From contig CM052818.1 of the NCBI GenBank assembly GCA_028534125.1, positions 28,708,001 through 28,772,000 of the forward strand: a stretch of DNA of 64,000 nt. The letters are read 5' to 3'. The translations under genes and the position numbers were made by a program. The DNA is from Lama glama (taxonomy: Eukaryota). Below are positions 40,261 to 52,680 of this stretch, piece by piece (position 1 is the first letter of the stretch; every line of letters begins with the position of its first letter). The notes under the pieces were generated by a model, which saw only the letters and a program-made list of their open reading frames with translations, had not been told where the DNA came from and searched no databases.

Positions 40261-43200
40261 TTGATCATTAATACCCATCACAAGGTGGATTTACTCTTTA
40301 CTAAATCCTAAACAACAATTATGTAGAATATAATCATAATATTGGGTTATATGTTCTTATGTGGCAGGCTAAGTATAATATCCATTGGCCAATCCATTTT
40401 AAGCTAAGCCAAACAAAGGTTGGTCTTTTCTCATAGTCTTGCTTTCTCATAGATGAATGTCAGTTATCAACCCTGAAAACCCTTTCCTGCTGATTTTCCA
40501 TCTCATGCCCTCCTATTTCAGATGGAGAGCTGCTCAAACAAAAGATCTCTCTCTCTCTCTCTCCCTCTCTGTCTCTGTCTCTTACTTACACAGACATATG
40601 TCTCTACCCAAAATTTGCAGGGCAATATTTAGGGACACAAGCTATATGTACCAGGAGAAGGAAATCTCTCCACACAATCCCCTCAAAATTTTTATAGCCA
40701 AAGCTCTGCCTCAGCCTTCCATAGGATTTGCTTTACCAATTTTCATTTGGAATCTCAGGCTACAAGAGCTGCAGTATTAAAATAGTTTTCTTTAAGGAAA
40801 ATTGAGGGGTACCTCTGTATAAGATAGGTCTGAAAGCATATATTCAGGTGTGTTTTCTCCCCCCAAACAAGGGACAGTCTGCTCCAAAAGTACATTCAAG
40901 TGTCAACCTCTGATGAAGCAGAAAGTGCTTCCAGTTTGTGAATAACAATAGTTAAAAAACCAAAACTTTAGTGCCAGGTTTCAGACAGGACTGTAAAATA
41001 AGATAGCTCAATAAGATATTCCTCAGGATCTATTTTTGGACAGGTATATGATTCCATGTTTCAAATATTTCCCCCAAAGTATTAAAACATAATTAAAAAC
41101 ATAATTAAAAATTAGCAGAAGATCCAAATGTTTGTCTTAAGTTGGACTTCTATTCTTTGGGATTCTTAGTAACTGTAAATTCTTAAGGATATGGATAAGG
41201 AGTGATTACCTGGGGAGCCCAGTGTGATAGCCAGTTACACACAAGGATCTGGAAACAAGTCACTTCTGCTATACTGATGGCCACAGTGCTACTGATGTCC
41301 AAGGTATAAGGCATCATTCTGAGGCTCTGGGGAAGAAGGAACATTTGAAGATGATGTTAGGTGAAAGCATCATTCCACAGTAAATGTCCAGGTTTGGTGA
41401 AAATGGAGGGAAGTTGTAGATTTATGTTAGTAGTTTTCTCTAGGTAAATTAACTTATTCACTAAGCCATCAGATGTAATTACCTGTGTGCTCAGTAACCA
41501 CTAAATTCTAAAGTAATTGATACAGAATGGTCCTATTGGCTCCTTGGCCCTAACATACTTTGCAGGAAATGTAAGTCAAGACAGATATGATTATGTGAAG
41601 TCCGAATTAAAATGCAGTGGTAATGTACACACGTCTTTCTCCTGTTATTTTCTACATTTTTTTCAAGGTGAATTTGCCAATCTCAGAAAAAAAAAATAGA
41701 AATAATGCTCATTATCTCACAAATGGAGAAAAGAATTTGCAAAAACAAAATAAAAGCTCTCTTTAACTTTCTTCTTTACACACTCTAGATAGACTCTAGG
41801 GTACATTTCCAAAATGCTTTCTCCTCTTTTTCCCCCTTTTTCTAGCTTACTGTCACAGCATTCTGCATAGAGTAATTCATAGAACTATAAATACTTTTTC
41901 AGTTGCAAGACTATTAAAAATTAATAATTATTCTTACACTGCTGAAGTTTTATAATGAAATTGCTGATAAAAAATATTCTTATCCATATGAATGTACATC
42001 TTATAAATGCTATAAAACATATGAATATATACTGTAACTATATCTATATAGTATCTCTTCTGCAACATATGATAGCTGATATGTATCATAAAGGCTATAT
42101 TCAGCTCAGGTTGGAGACAAAATCAAGTCAGTAGAAAAGTAACTTGGAGGTACCTCCAAGCCTCATTTGGTAACAATAGTGATGTATGACAGCACTTAAT
42201 GAAATATCGTATCTTTTCAATCAAAATTTTATATACTAGAGGCTTACTTATATTATGCTAAATAGTTTTCAAATCTAGAGCTTAGTGAGGCATCAGAGAA
42301 TGAATTGTGTGCTATTTTGAAGCATTCATGTGAACACTTCATCATTATTTTTCATCATTAAAAAAACACTTTTCCCCTAATAATAAATATTGAGAAAAAT
42401 GAGTGTTTTATACTACATCTATTTTTATTTTAAATGATTTATCCATTCCTGGAGAGCCAAAAGAAAATTAAACTTCATCAAAAGTCCTATTCATGCTTTC
42501 CAAACCAGAATTAATAACCTGTCATTTCATTTATGCAGTTCTTTCAATTCTGTGATTATGGAACAGCAGTTTTCTGATTTGTTTCTTCCAGTGTGGGCAG
42601 CTGATTGTATACTGCAGTTAGCTGATATTTGTCTGGAAGGAAAATTATCACCAGTGCATTGTGGGATGCTGTGGTCCAGAATCCTTGCCAGTGACTGAGA
42701 ATCAGAAAAGGGGCAAAATGTATTCAGCACCTCCTTTTTTCAGCTACAAGAAAAGAGCAGCAGACACATTTTATAAGAGATCGATTAAATGCTTCAAACA
42801 ATCCCCTTACATGGAACTGGTAGTTTCCAGATTGTCATTAGAAGATTATCCAGAAAAGGAAAGGGCAATTTTAGATGAAAGGAGTGTTTTTCATTTATTT
42901 TTATTATGTGTGTGCATTTGTATATATGACAAGCTAACGGCTCTAAGAATTATCAAATTAGTAGATTCTACATCTGCTCATTGCTTCATTTCTCAATCTT
43001 GTAGTTACTTTATTTAACTGCCTCCTCATTAGGAGTTTTTAGCAAATAATATCACTGTTTACTTGGATAGGCTTTATATGCTTGGCAAAATCCTTCAATA
43101 TCCTTTTCTTATTATTTGATCTTCATAATATTTTTGGTTAAATTGGGGTGATATAATTTTACCAATAAAGAACCAAAAACTCAGAAAAAGTATAAAACAA

Positions 43201-43744
43201 GACTATCTTAAGTGTGCATTGCCTTTTTAAAAGTTGTAACTAAATGGAATTTTCTTATTTCTAGCAGAATGATCTTTCTACTCTACAATATGGCCACCTA
43301 TGATGGTATTTCTTCATGAATTATGCAACTGGTCCTAAAAACAACAGCAAAGATAAGACTAGTTTCCCATTTTGCATTATTTGATATGGTCTGTTGTGTG
43401 TAACAACAGTTCTGAATAACACAGTCACCAAGAAATACATAATTACTGTAATTTTTAAGTATAAAAAAATAATTAGATGATTGTTGCTAGACACTAGCCT
43501 GCTGACGGACTAGGTGAGATACATTCACAAGTAAAATTTAAGGTAAATTGATGCTAGAATCCGACTGATGACTCATCTCTTTGGTTACATGTCACCCAAC
43601 TCCTAATCTTCCTCAACTGTCATTCCAGCATCCATAATTGTTTAGAACATTTTAGAGAGGTAGATGAGGTACCTTCCTACTCCATTACACAATGTGTTTT
43701 GTCCCTACTAAAAAGTAAGATATATCAGTAACAATTCAAACCAA

Positions 43745-43960
43745 TACACCTTTACTTATGTCATTGTATTGTGACATATACCATCTCATTTGATCTGAAG
43801 ATCTTTGTGAAATAAGCAAAGATAAAAACCACATTTGAAAGTGAGAGAGATCACTGAAGCTTGGCAAAGTGAAGTGATTTTCCCAAGGTCCCACAGCTCA
43901 TCAGCAGGTCAGGAATAATAATTCAAAAATTTTCACTAAAATTCAGCACTTTTGAACCAT
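43745..43960 (-). mobile_element. MIR fragment
   Basis: 'atctcatttgatctgaag...aagtgaagtgattttcccaaggtcccacagct'. Confidence 0.65.
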
Positions 43961-44194
43961 ATCTGAGATACCAGAGAACCTTCAAACCTTCCCTAGAAAT
44001 ATTTTTTTTGCTTCTTCTGTCCTCTCACTGGAGGTGACTTAGCGTTCATTGCCCCGGGATACTGATTGCATAAAGGGTTTCTTGTTTCTCTTGGGTGGAT
44101 ACAAGGGAAATGCCAAGAACTCTTACCCATGTTCCTTTCCCATCAACAAAAATGGTGCTAGGTAGGCTCTTTTTATTAAAGAAATTCAAGCATG

Positions 44195-44530
44195 AGGTCC
44201 AGTGGGACAGGAAACAAATTTTGTACTGCCTGAAGCCTGTACAATTTAGGTAGCCCTTTTTAAGAAAAACAATTCAAAATTATAAATACAAAACTAAACA
44301 TTCAAACAAATATTTTAAATGAATAAAGAAGTCTCAAACAAATCACAAATTTAAAAAAACTGACAAACTGCAATATGCAGAAAACTAACATGTCATTTAT
44401 TAACGCTTGTCTAAAATATTGTTTTCCTATATTCTCTGGCTGAATATCTTTTGCCTCTTTGATGAAAAGGATTTTGTCATATAATTTTTAATAAAGAAAG
44501 TAAAAAAGATGATTGTTAATCTTCTGGCAT
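44195..44530 (+). mobile_element. hAT-Tip100 (Zaphod/MER115-like) fragment
   Basis: 'gcctgaagcctgtacaatttaggtagccctttttaagaaaaacaattcaaaattataaatacaaaact' resembles the recalled consensus. Confidence 0.45.
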
Positions 44531-46339
44531 GTTTTTCCTCCATACTCACAATCTTGGAAGCCAAACCACACAAGGCATATTCATACTGAAATATGCCCTG
44601 TGGCCTCCATCTCAGAGGAATAGGCACAGTAGGGAGGAAGAGCATTACGGGAAGACTCTTCTACATCAGGTGAGTTTAAATAAAGGATAGTCAGTGTTCC
44701 GCAGAGGAAGAGCTCATAAACACCAGCTTAGAAACCCTTCCAGGTAACCATCTAACCAGAACTGGCAGTGTGGAAGACATACAAACACGCTGGAAAACTC
44801 CCATGCTGCCAAACTGTAGAAGCACTAGCTTATACGGTTCCTTCCTATCTTGAGAAAGTTTGGTAGAGGAAAGGTTTTTCCTGTAGACACAGAACAAAAT
44901 GTAGTCTGCTCTCAGGAACAATCCTAACAACATTCTGATCCTCCTTTTTATTTAATTCATTCAACACACATAAACACACATGATCTTCAGTGTGCCAGGC
45001 ACTGTGCTAAACAGCACTGGAGACATAAATCCATCTGTGCTACTTTAGAGTTTTACTTTTTATGGCTCAGAAGATTGGCACATGTAAGGAATTTCTATTC
45101 CCAGGTGGACAGAAGATCCTGGGCTGGAGAAAAGTGAGTTCCCTTGGAAATCCCGAACAATTGTTTCCTCAGTAATTTTATGGAATTCTTGCCTCTAGAC
45201 TGTAGGTTAAGGTAACTGCAACATTACTTAGCTCTGATAATCATACAAATTAGTCAGAATTAGTATCATGCAGGCACATTTCACTTGCTCACACTTGGCA
45301 TCCCAGGTCCTTGTGATACAAATGAAGTCTCTGTAGCAGTAGTAGTGAAAGCTACATAAAGTTATAGAAGCAGTGTAAGCTAGAAAAGAAATATCGCCTC
45401 ATGTGAATTTTCTATGACAGGGGTTGGGAAGAGTTACCCTATTATTTGAAAATCCACGGCACAGTAGAAAAATCTTAAAGGTGCCAGAAATCTCTTCAGC
45501 AGAATTTAGCAATCATTCACATGATCATGTCACATTTTGGGGCACCTTTTCAGCACAACTCAATGCATTTTCCACAAATACTTGACATTATAAACAAGAT
45601 CCTTGTTTTAAAAACCTCATTTTCTGGCATCTAATTATCCTCCCAAAGCTGTAATCTTTTATGAAGGATATAATTTATTCCTATGGAAGTATGATTATAA
45701 CTTCAGGTAAGGGAACGAACAGGAGAAATTGATGAAACTTTTAAAAGTATCCTTCTTTCATACAAATCTCTCTAGCAATAAAGCAAGAATTCAAGAAAAA
45801 TTTAAAAATGCATGATGAATTGGTAAAACTCTGGCTAAATATACCAGTGCTAAAGTTTTCTCAGCACCAAGTGCTTGCAAGATCACAGCTCCTTTAGGGT
45901 GACTGCAAGTGCTCTCTTTTTTTTCCATTTTGATTTGGCGATACTTAAATATTTTGCAATTTAATTATTAAATTTCACTCTTCCTATAAATATTTTAACT
46001 TTTCCAAACTTCAACTTCATCCTAATGGGTAAAATTTCTAAAGGTCATAATTATTTCAGCAGTTTTCAGGATGAATTCTACAAATTACTTTGTAGGCGAC
46101 TTACTTTCTAGCATTGTACATTTACAATAGTAAAAAAATGTTAATGTAGAATTTTACATACAATACACCTATCTACTGATAATGATAAATATAGTGTGAT
46201 TAATTTATTCAATCTGAATTATTTCCCCCAAATTCTACTGGTTACATTACTATCATATCCAATGGTATATTTCTTCTAAATTCTTACTGTTGATTCTGTA
46301 TTTTTATTAAAAAACTACTGATCTACACAGCTTCTTTTT

Positions 46340-46490
46340 TAATAAATAAATGATTTAATAAATGAATAAATGGGAGAAAGGAGACAAATCTCTTATGCAG
46401 AAGAATTCCAAATAATTTATGAAACACTCTGCCCCTTAGGAGGTGGAACATATAGCACACATCTCTTTAAAGAGTGGGCTCTGCAGAGTG
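46340..46490 (+). mobile_element. L1MC-like 3'UTR fragment
   Basis: Homologous, in opposite orientation, to 11620-11760. Confidence 0.65.
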
Positions 46491-47270
46491 GTACACAGCT
46501 TCTTGACTCCTTCTCCTTCCCTGGGGTCACTGACATCCCTCTCTCCTGGTTCTTCTCCTACATCTCTGATCACTCCTTGGTCTCCTGTGTTTCCAAGGTT
46601 GTTTTTTTTAGCACCTAAATGAGGCAATTTCACAAGCCTCCAACGTTGAACGTCTGCCTTTACTGTTCTCATTCATGCTACTGTGTTCACCCCAAATCAG
46701 ATGGCGTAAGATGCCCCTGCTCATCAATGTTTCCCAGATCAAACTCTTCTTACTTCACTTTCTGAATGGCCCATGAGATGTCTCCTCATGGATATCCTCC
46801 TCAGCGTTAACATCATGTCACATTGAATGACTAAGGAAAATCTTTTTTTTTCCTAAAATAAATTCCCTTTCTTTACTATTTCTTGCTGTTAGTAGCTGCA
46901 ACATTCTTTTTACTTCCCAAACCAGAAATCTTGAAGGCATCTTTAAATTTTCCCTTTGCCTCATCCTCTGAATCCAGTCTGTCACTATATCAATAAAACG
47001 TCTCTTAAAATGTCTCCTTTCTCTCCATTCATACACCAGTTTCATAACTGGAGTCTTAGTCAATATCAACTATACACTTTGCAGCTGATCTCCCTGCTTC
47101 ATCATTATTCATTGTACCAAACAAAAATGGATTGATCATCCCAGAACAGCCCATTAAGTATGCAAGTTCCTATTTCAAGAACATGACCCAGTTCCCTGTT
47201 TTCCACCTCCTGCTTCCAATCTAGTATCTTCACCTTCATCTTTTTTATCCAACCTGACTGACTACCCCAA
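46490..47270 (+). mobile_element. LINE-2 body fragment
   Basis: 'cttcttgactccttctccttccctggggtcactgacatccctctctcctggttcttctcctacatctctgatcactcctt'; 'aaccagaaatcttgaaggcatc'. Confidence 0.7.
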
Positions 47271-48424
47271 TTATACGGTTCATAATACAGTAGTATCTCT
47301 TTCCAAATATTTTCTTACTGATCTTTCTTAATATCTTTATTCACGCTCCCCTCAATCCAGTAAGACATGATTTTTGTCTCCATCTATTCAAATTCTCCTC
47401 CTTCAAAGTCCACAAGTTAATCTGTCTCTAAGTCCACACACACTGATCTCTCCCATATCTAACATACTATTACACTCAAGTTCTAAGCCAGTTGGCACAA
47501 TTCTAAAATAAATGCCTGGATGATGCTTTTTGGCCAGATCTCATAGGGTTGCTGCACCCTAGTGAATTCACCACCATTTCAGCTGTGATTGCTATGTTTA
47601 CACTTTCTAGAACTCATTAGAACTTTCTGAATGATTCTTCTGATCATCCAGATATGATCAGGCCCTACTTAATAGAGGAGAGAGGAAGAGGAAAAAGTTG
47701 GCTGGATTAGTTCTAAGTACAGCTCAACAATCTACAGTCATATGAACTCAAGTAAGTAACTCAAATTTTCTAACAGTTTTGAATCCTCGTGTTTAAAATT
47801 GTGGTATTAATATTAACTTTCCCTAACACACTACACTGCTATCAAAATTAAATAAAATAATTTATGTGGAAGAACACTGTAAAGCATTATACAAATTGTA
47901 CAGAATTACTATTAATTCATGATAATAAGATTCATGAGATATTTCATTCTAAGCCATAAAGTTAATTTAATAATTTAAAAGAGGAATAAATATTTCCACT
48001 GACTAAGAGATGTGTATGCTTTTGAGGTAAAACCACACTTGAATTAAAGGATCTGAGAAACTGAGTAAATAATTATAAGATTTTGGAGGAATATATCCTA
48101 AGAGAGTTGAATGGTAGCTTGCAATAATTCTTGATCTTTTAGGGGCAAGTGGGTAAGTGGTAAAAATAAGAACTCTTTTCTGCAGATAGCGAACACTACC
48201 TTGTCATGGAAATGTGCATTAGCTTTGAAAACACAAGATGGCTGTATTTTCAGAACTTATGTATTCCTCATGCAGTAAAGGACCAGTTGCACCTTATCGC
48301 TGATAACTGACCCCTAATAATAATCTGGCTTACAATATTTTCAAGTCCCTCAACATTGTACTTTCTCTAAGAATAAAATGCTTCCTGCTCTGTATTCCAT
48401 TAGAACTTCACTTGAAAAATGTGA

Positions 48425-48620
48425 GAACCAGATGGCCTGAGATCATACCCTAGCTCTGCCACTTACTGGTTATGTTATTTTGTGCAATTACTTCACACAC
48501 TCCTATGCTTTCATTTTCCCATCTGTGAAATGGCAATAATAATGTGCTTACATCATAGGCTCTGTTGAGGATCAAATGAATTAATGCCTAGCATTTAGTA
48601 AACGCTCAATAACTTTTGTA
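48425..48620 (+). mobile_element. MIR SINE
   Basis: 'ccctagctctgccacttactggttatgttattttgtgcaattacttcac...catctgtgaaatggcaataataat...gttgaggatcaaatga'. Confidence 0.8.
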
Positions 48621-49540
48621 TGTCGTTTTAACATCTATTTTGTTCTACTTGGTATCATAATCACCTCTTTGCATGTCTGTCTACTCTGCCAGACTGCAAG
48701 CACCTTGAGGATATAGCTCTTATTTCTCTTTATTAGTTTCTCAGCACTTCTATATTACTTTGGGGATAAATCCAGGGCTGTTTCATGTAGATGTCTTGCT
48801 TTTCCAACTAACATTTGATATTGAAAATTTTGTAAGCCCTCACTCAAGGCTAAAGTTATGTCTGATACTCTTTATTTCTCCCAAACAATATGCACTTAGT
48901 AAATACTGATGAATGACTGATTGTACATGAATTCGGTTCTCATATCCTTATGAAACCTGAGCAATGAACCATCTTAGTCCAGGATTCTCATCCCATGTTC
49001 TCCTTTATTTTCCCTTTCGTCATATGCCATCAGTTCCTACAGCATCAATCAACAATGACCACACAGTGCCAAGTATGTACAAATCAAACATAGAAAAATT
49101 ACAAATGTGATCACAGAAACAAGTACTTCAGAGATAATAAAACATTAATTGGTACTTTACTAAGACTTTTGAAGAAACTGAGAAGCATAGAGAAGAATTA
49201 TTAACTAGGAGTGTTTTCAATATGACAAAAAAAAAAGCTATTAGAACAAGACCTTTTATCACTGCATGGAGAGACTAAGACTTTGAAAGAACAGCACTGA
49301 CTCCATTTTCTTCAGAAACAAGAAATAATTTTTTTGTTCTACCAAAGTAGGGGTAATTATTGATGGTAGTACCCTGCAATAAATAGCATTGTCACAAAAT
49401 TACTAATTTTATGCTTTTATATAAGTTTATTTTGATGTCTTAATTTTGTACTGAAGAATTTCTATTCATATGTTGAATAATTCAATTATATTACAATTTT
49501 TAATCACAGTGCGCTAACTCTCCAAGGGAAATGCCTTTTC

Positions 49541-49626
49541 CTTTTTATCTAAGTACAGTTACAATGTGTCAATTTCTGGTGTACACCACAATGTCCCAGT
49601 AATGCATGTACATACATATATTCATT
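49541..49626 (-). mobile_element. 86-bp 5'-truncated L1 tail with TSD
   Basis: Reverse complement matches the tail at 57590-57675 ('tacaccagaaattgacacattgtaactg'). TSD gggaaatgccttttc (49526-49540) / gagaaatgctttttc (49627-49641), 13/15. Confidence 0.85.
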
Positions 49627-49999
49627 GAGAAATGCTTTTTCTAATTTCCTCCATTGTACTTTGTAGATATAAACTACATTGTTTTTTTAAGAATTTGTTT
49701 ATGTGTCTATTCCACAAACTACAGTATATCTCCAATTAGGATATGAGCTAATATAGCCAGAAATCCTATGTTAATTATCCTTGTAAGTAACTTGTACAGT
49801 GCCTAACACATGACAAGTATTCAATAAGAAACTGTGGAATAAATCAATGAGTTAATGAAGAAATAAATTGTATCCTCAGGAAATTCCAAGGTTCTTGGAG
49901 TTTCAAACAAAATATGAGAACTAATGCTTGTCTGTAAGAGGCTTAAAGTTGAAGACAATACATTCTAAATTTAAAATAATAATAAAATATTAAGCTTCA

Positions 50000-50339
50000 A
50001 CTTCCAGTTTTAATAGTACCTGATGCTACAGCAATCCTCCCACCACAAACAACTATAAAAGTGGGCAAAATCATGGACAGAAGGAAGCCTCATGTTTCCT
50101 CTAGCTCTATATATGGAGATAATTTCCCCAAAACAGTACAGAAAAATGGAGAACAAGCAGGACACTGTGGTTCTGCTGTGATGAGAAGACAGATATCAGG
50201 CTTTGAGGTTGCAGAGGCTACAGAAATCTTCAAGGAAGGATACCAAATAGAACTGACTTGGGATCAAGGCGGATTCTAGAAGTCTGTGGAAGTCCTCATG
50301 AGTCCTTGACCAAAGTCTGGGAGACGCACACACAGGCTC
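50000..50339 (+). mobile_element. Old L1M 5'UTR fragment
   Basis: 'cttccagttt...atcctcccaccacaaacaactataaaagtgggcaaaat' resembles old L1M 5' ends. Confidence 0.5.
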
Positions 50340-51604
50340 AGCACCTGGGCGGGGGTGGGGCCGAGACCTGAATCCACGCCAGAAGCTCCACAATCTCCTA
50401 GACAGGACAGACTTGGTTACAGCCTGAGGCAGATAGGATCTTTCTGCCCTCGCACCTCAGAGAACTCGCACCACCAAGACAAGTAAGGAGCTGAGATTTG
50501 GCACGGAGCAGGGGCAGGGCCATTCTGCTGTCTTCCCTGAGCCCGACTTCAGAGTGTCTACCGGAGGCAGGGCGGGCAGCTGCACAGAGCAGCCGAGTGA
50601 CTGGTGCCGGGAGAGGACGGGCGGCAACCCGCTCTCCTGGCAGGAATGCAGCACCTGACCATGGTGCTGGGAGGGGATGCAATCCGCCCACCTGCCTCAC
50701 CCTAGCACAGTCTGTGGCATCTGGAGGGGAAGTGACTCGCCCGCCCACTCACCTGGTAACAGCTCAGCACCTGACCCAGTGTTGGGAGGGGGCACGATCT
50801 GCTAGCTGACAGCCACTGGGAGCAGCACAGACAAGGGCGCCAATAGAGGGCCTCTGGAAATAGCAAGCTGAGTTCATGAAACAGGGGGAAGACACAAAGA
50901 CTTCTCGATAAAATCATTAAGAGCACACCCTCTCCAGGAGAACTAGACAACTGATACTCTTACTTAAGCCACAGTGCAAGAGAGATATGAGCAATATGAA
51001 GAAGCAGAGAAACCACTCCCAATTAAAAGATCAAGAGAAATTCCCTGAAAGCACAATCAAGGAAATAGACATTGATGGCCTACTAGATCAAGATTTCAAA
51101 AAAGGAGTGATCAAAATACCGAAGGAACAAGAAGAAATAGTGTTTAAAGATATAAAATATGTCAAAAATGAAATAGAAGCTATAAAGAAGAAACAAGTAG
51201 AATTAGTAAACTCATTTGCTGAGAAGAGAGCTGACCTAAAAGGCTGTACAAAGAAGGCTAGATAATGCAGAGGAACAAATAAGTGACCTAGTAGACAGGA
51301 CAACAGAAAGCACCCAATCAGAACAGCTGAGAGCAAAACAAATAAAAAATAATTAAAACAATATAAGGGACCTATGGGATAATATAAAATGTGCCAATCT
51401 ATGCACAATAGGGGTTCCAGAAGGGGAAGGAAGAACAAAGGGGATTGAAAAGTTATTGGAAGAAGTCATGACTGACAATTTCCCAAACCTAAAGGAATCA
51501 TATATCCAAGTACAGGAGGCTCAGAGGGTCCCAAACAGGACGAACCCAAACAGATCCACACCAAGACATATCATAATCAAGATGGCCAGAGTCAAGGATA
51601 AAGA
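50340..51604 (+). mobile_element. Young L1: GC-rich 5'UTR plus disrupted ORF1, running into the assembly gap
   Basis: CpG-containing UTR. ORF1 ATG at 50987 (MSNMKKQRNHSQLKDQEK...), collinear and roughly 85% similar by eye to 14011-14620. Left boundary approximate. Confidence 0.9.
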
Positions 51605-51704
51605 NNNNNNNNNNNNNNNNNNNNNNNNNNNNNNNNNNNNNNNNNNNNNNNNNNNNNNNNNNNNNNNNNNNNNNNNNNNNNNNNNNNNNNNNNNNNNNNN
51701 NNNN
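51605..51704. other. Assembly gap (100 N; true size probably unknown)
   Basis: Exactly 100 Ns joining mid-ORF1 to an L1 3'UTR. Confidence 0.99.
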
Positions 51705-52058
51705 AAGAGAAAGAAAAATACCCAATGAGATCGCTCATATGAGGAATGTTAAAAAAAAAAAAACATAAATACAAAACAGAAACAGACTCATATACATAGA
51801 ATACAAACTTGTGGTTGCCAAGGGGGCAGGGGGTGGGAAGGGACAGACTAGAATTTTAAAATGCAGAATAGATAAACAAGATTATACTGTACAGCACAGG
51901 GAAATATATACAAGATCTTGTGGTAGCTCATAGCAGAAAAAAAAATGTGACAATGAATATACATATGTTCGTGTATAACCGAAAAATTGTGCTGTATGCT
52001 AGAATTTGACACAACATTGTAAAATGACTATCACTCATTTAAAAAATGTAAAAAAAAA
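51705..52058 (+). mobile_element. L1 3'UTR with A-tail
   Basis: Collinear with 19179-19546. Confidence 0.95.
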
Positions 52059-52680
52059 GGGGGGGGGTTTGAAATTTTCAATCCCACCCAGACCTCTGAG
52101 GAGGGAAGAGGGGCCAGGAATTGAGTTAATCACCAATGACAATGATTTGATCAACTAGAGCTATGTAATGAAGCCTCCAAAAAAAAAACTATAAATGAAG
52201 GAGTTCAGAAAGCGTCCATGTTGGTGAACACATGAAGGTGCTAGGGGATGGCAAGTCCAGAGAGGACACAGAAGCTCTGTGCCTCTTCCCATATACTTTG
52301 CCCTGTGCATTTCTTCTACTTGGCTGTTCCTGAATTGTATTTATAGTAAACCAGTAATTTTAAGTGGACTTTCTTCCTGAATTCTGGGAGCCACCCTAGC
52401 AAGTTATCAAACTTGATGAGGAAGGCATGGGAACCTCTGATTTCTATCCAGCTGGATAGAAACAAAGGAAGCCTGGACTTGTGACTGATTTCTGATATGG
52501 GAGCAACCTTGTGGGACTGAGCCCTTAACTTGTGCAATCTGACACGAACTCCAGGTAGATAGTCTCAGAATTGAATTGAATTCTAGGATACCAGCTGGCA
52601 TGGGATAATCGATCAGTATGAGTGAAACTTCACACAGTTGGTGTCAGAAGTGTTGTGAGTAGAAAGAAATGGTTTTCCTT
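52059..52680 (+). mobile_element. MER21-like LTR, 5' part missing
   Basis: 'gagggaagaggggccaggaattgagttaatcaccaatgacaatgatttgatcaac...gtaatgaagcctcc' and 'ttgtgggactgagcccttaacttgtgcaatctgacacgaactccaggtagatagtctcagaattgaattgaatt'. Confidence 0.8.

Noticed and set aside
50398..50950. GC-rich ORFs or a host CpG-island promoter
   Set aside because: The sequence is L1 5'UTR directly upstream of ORF1.
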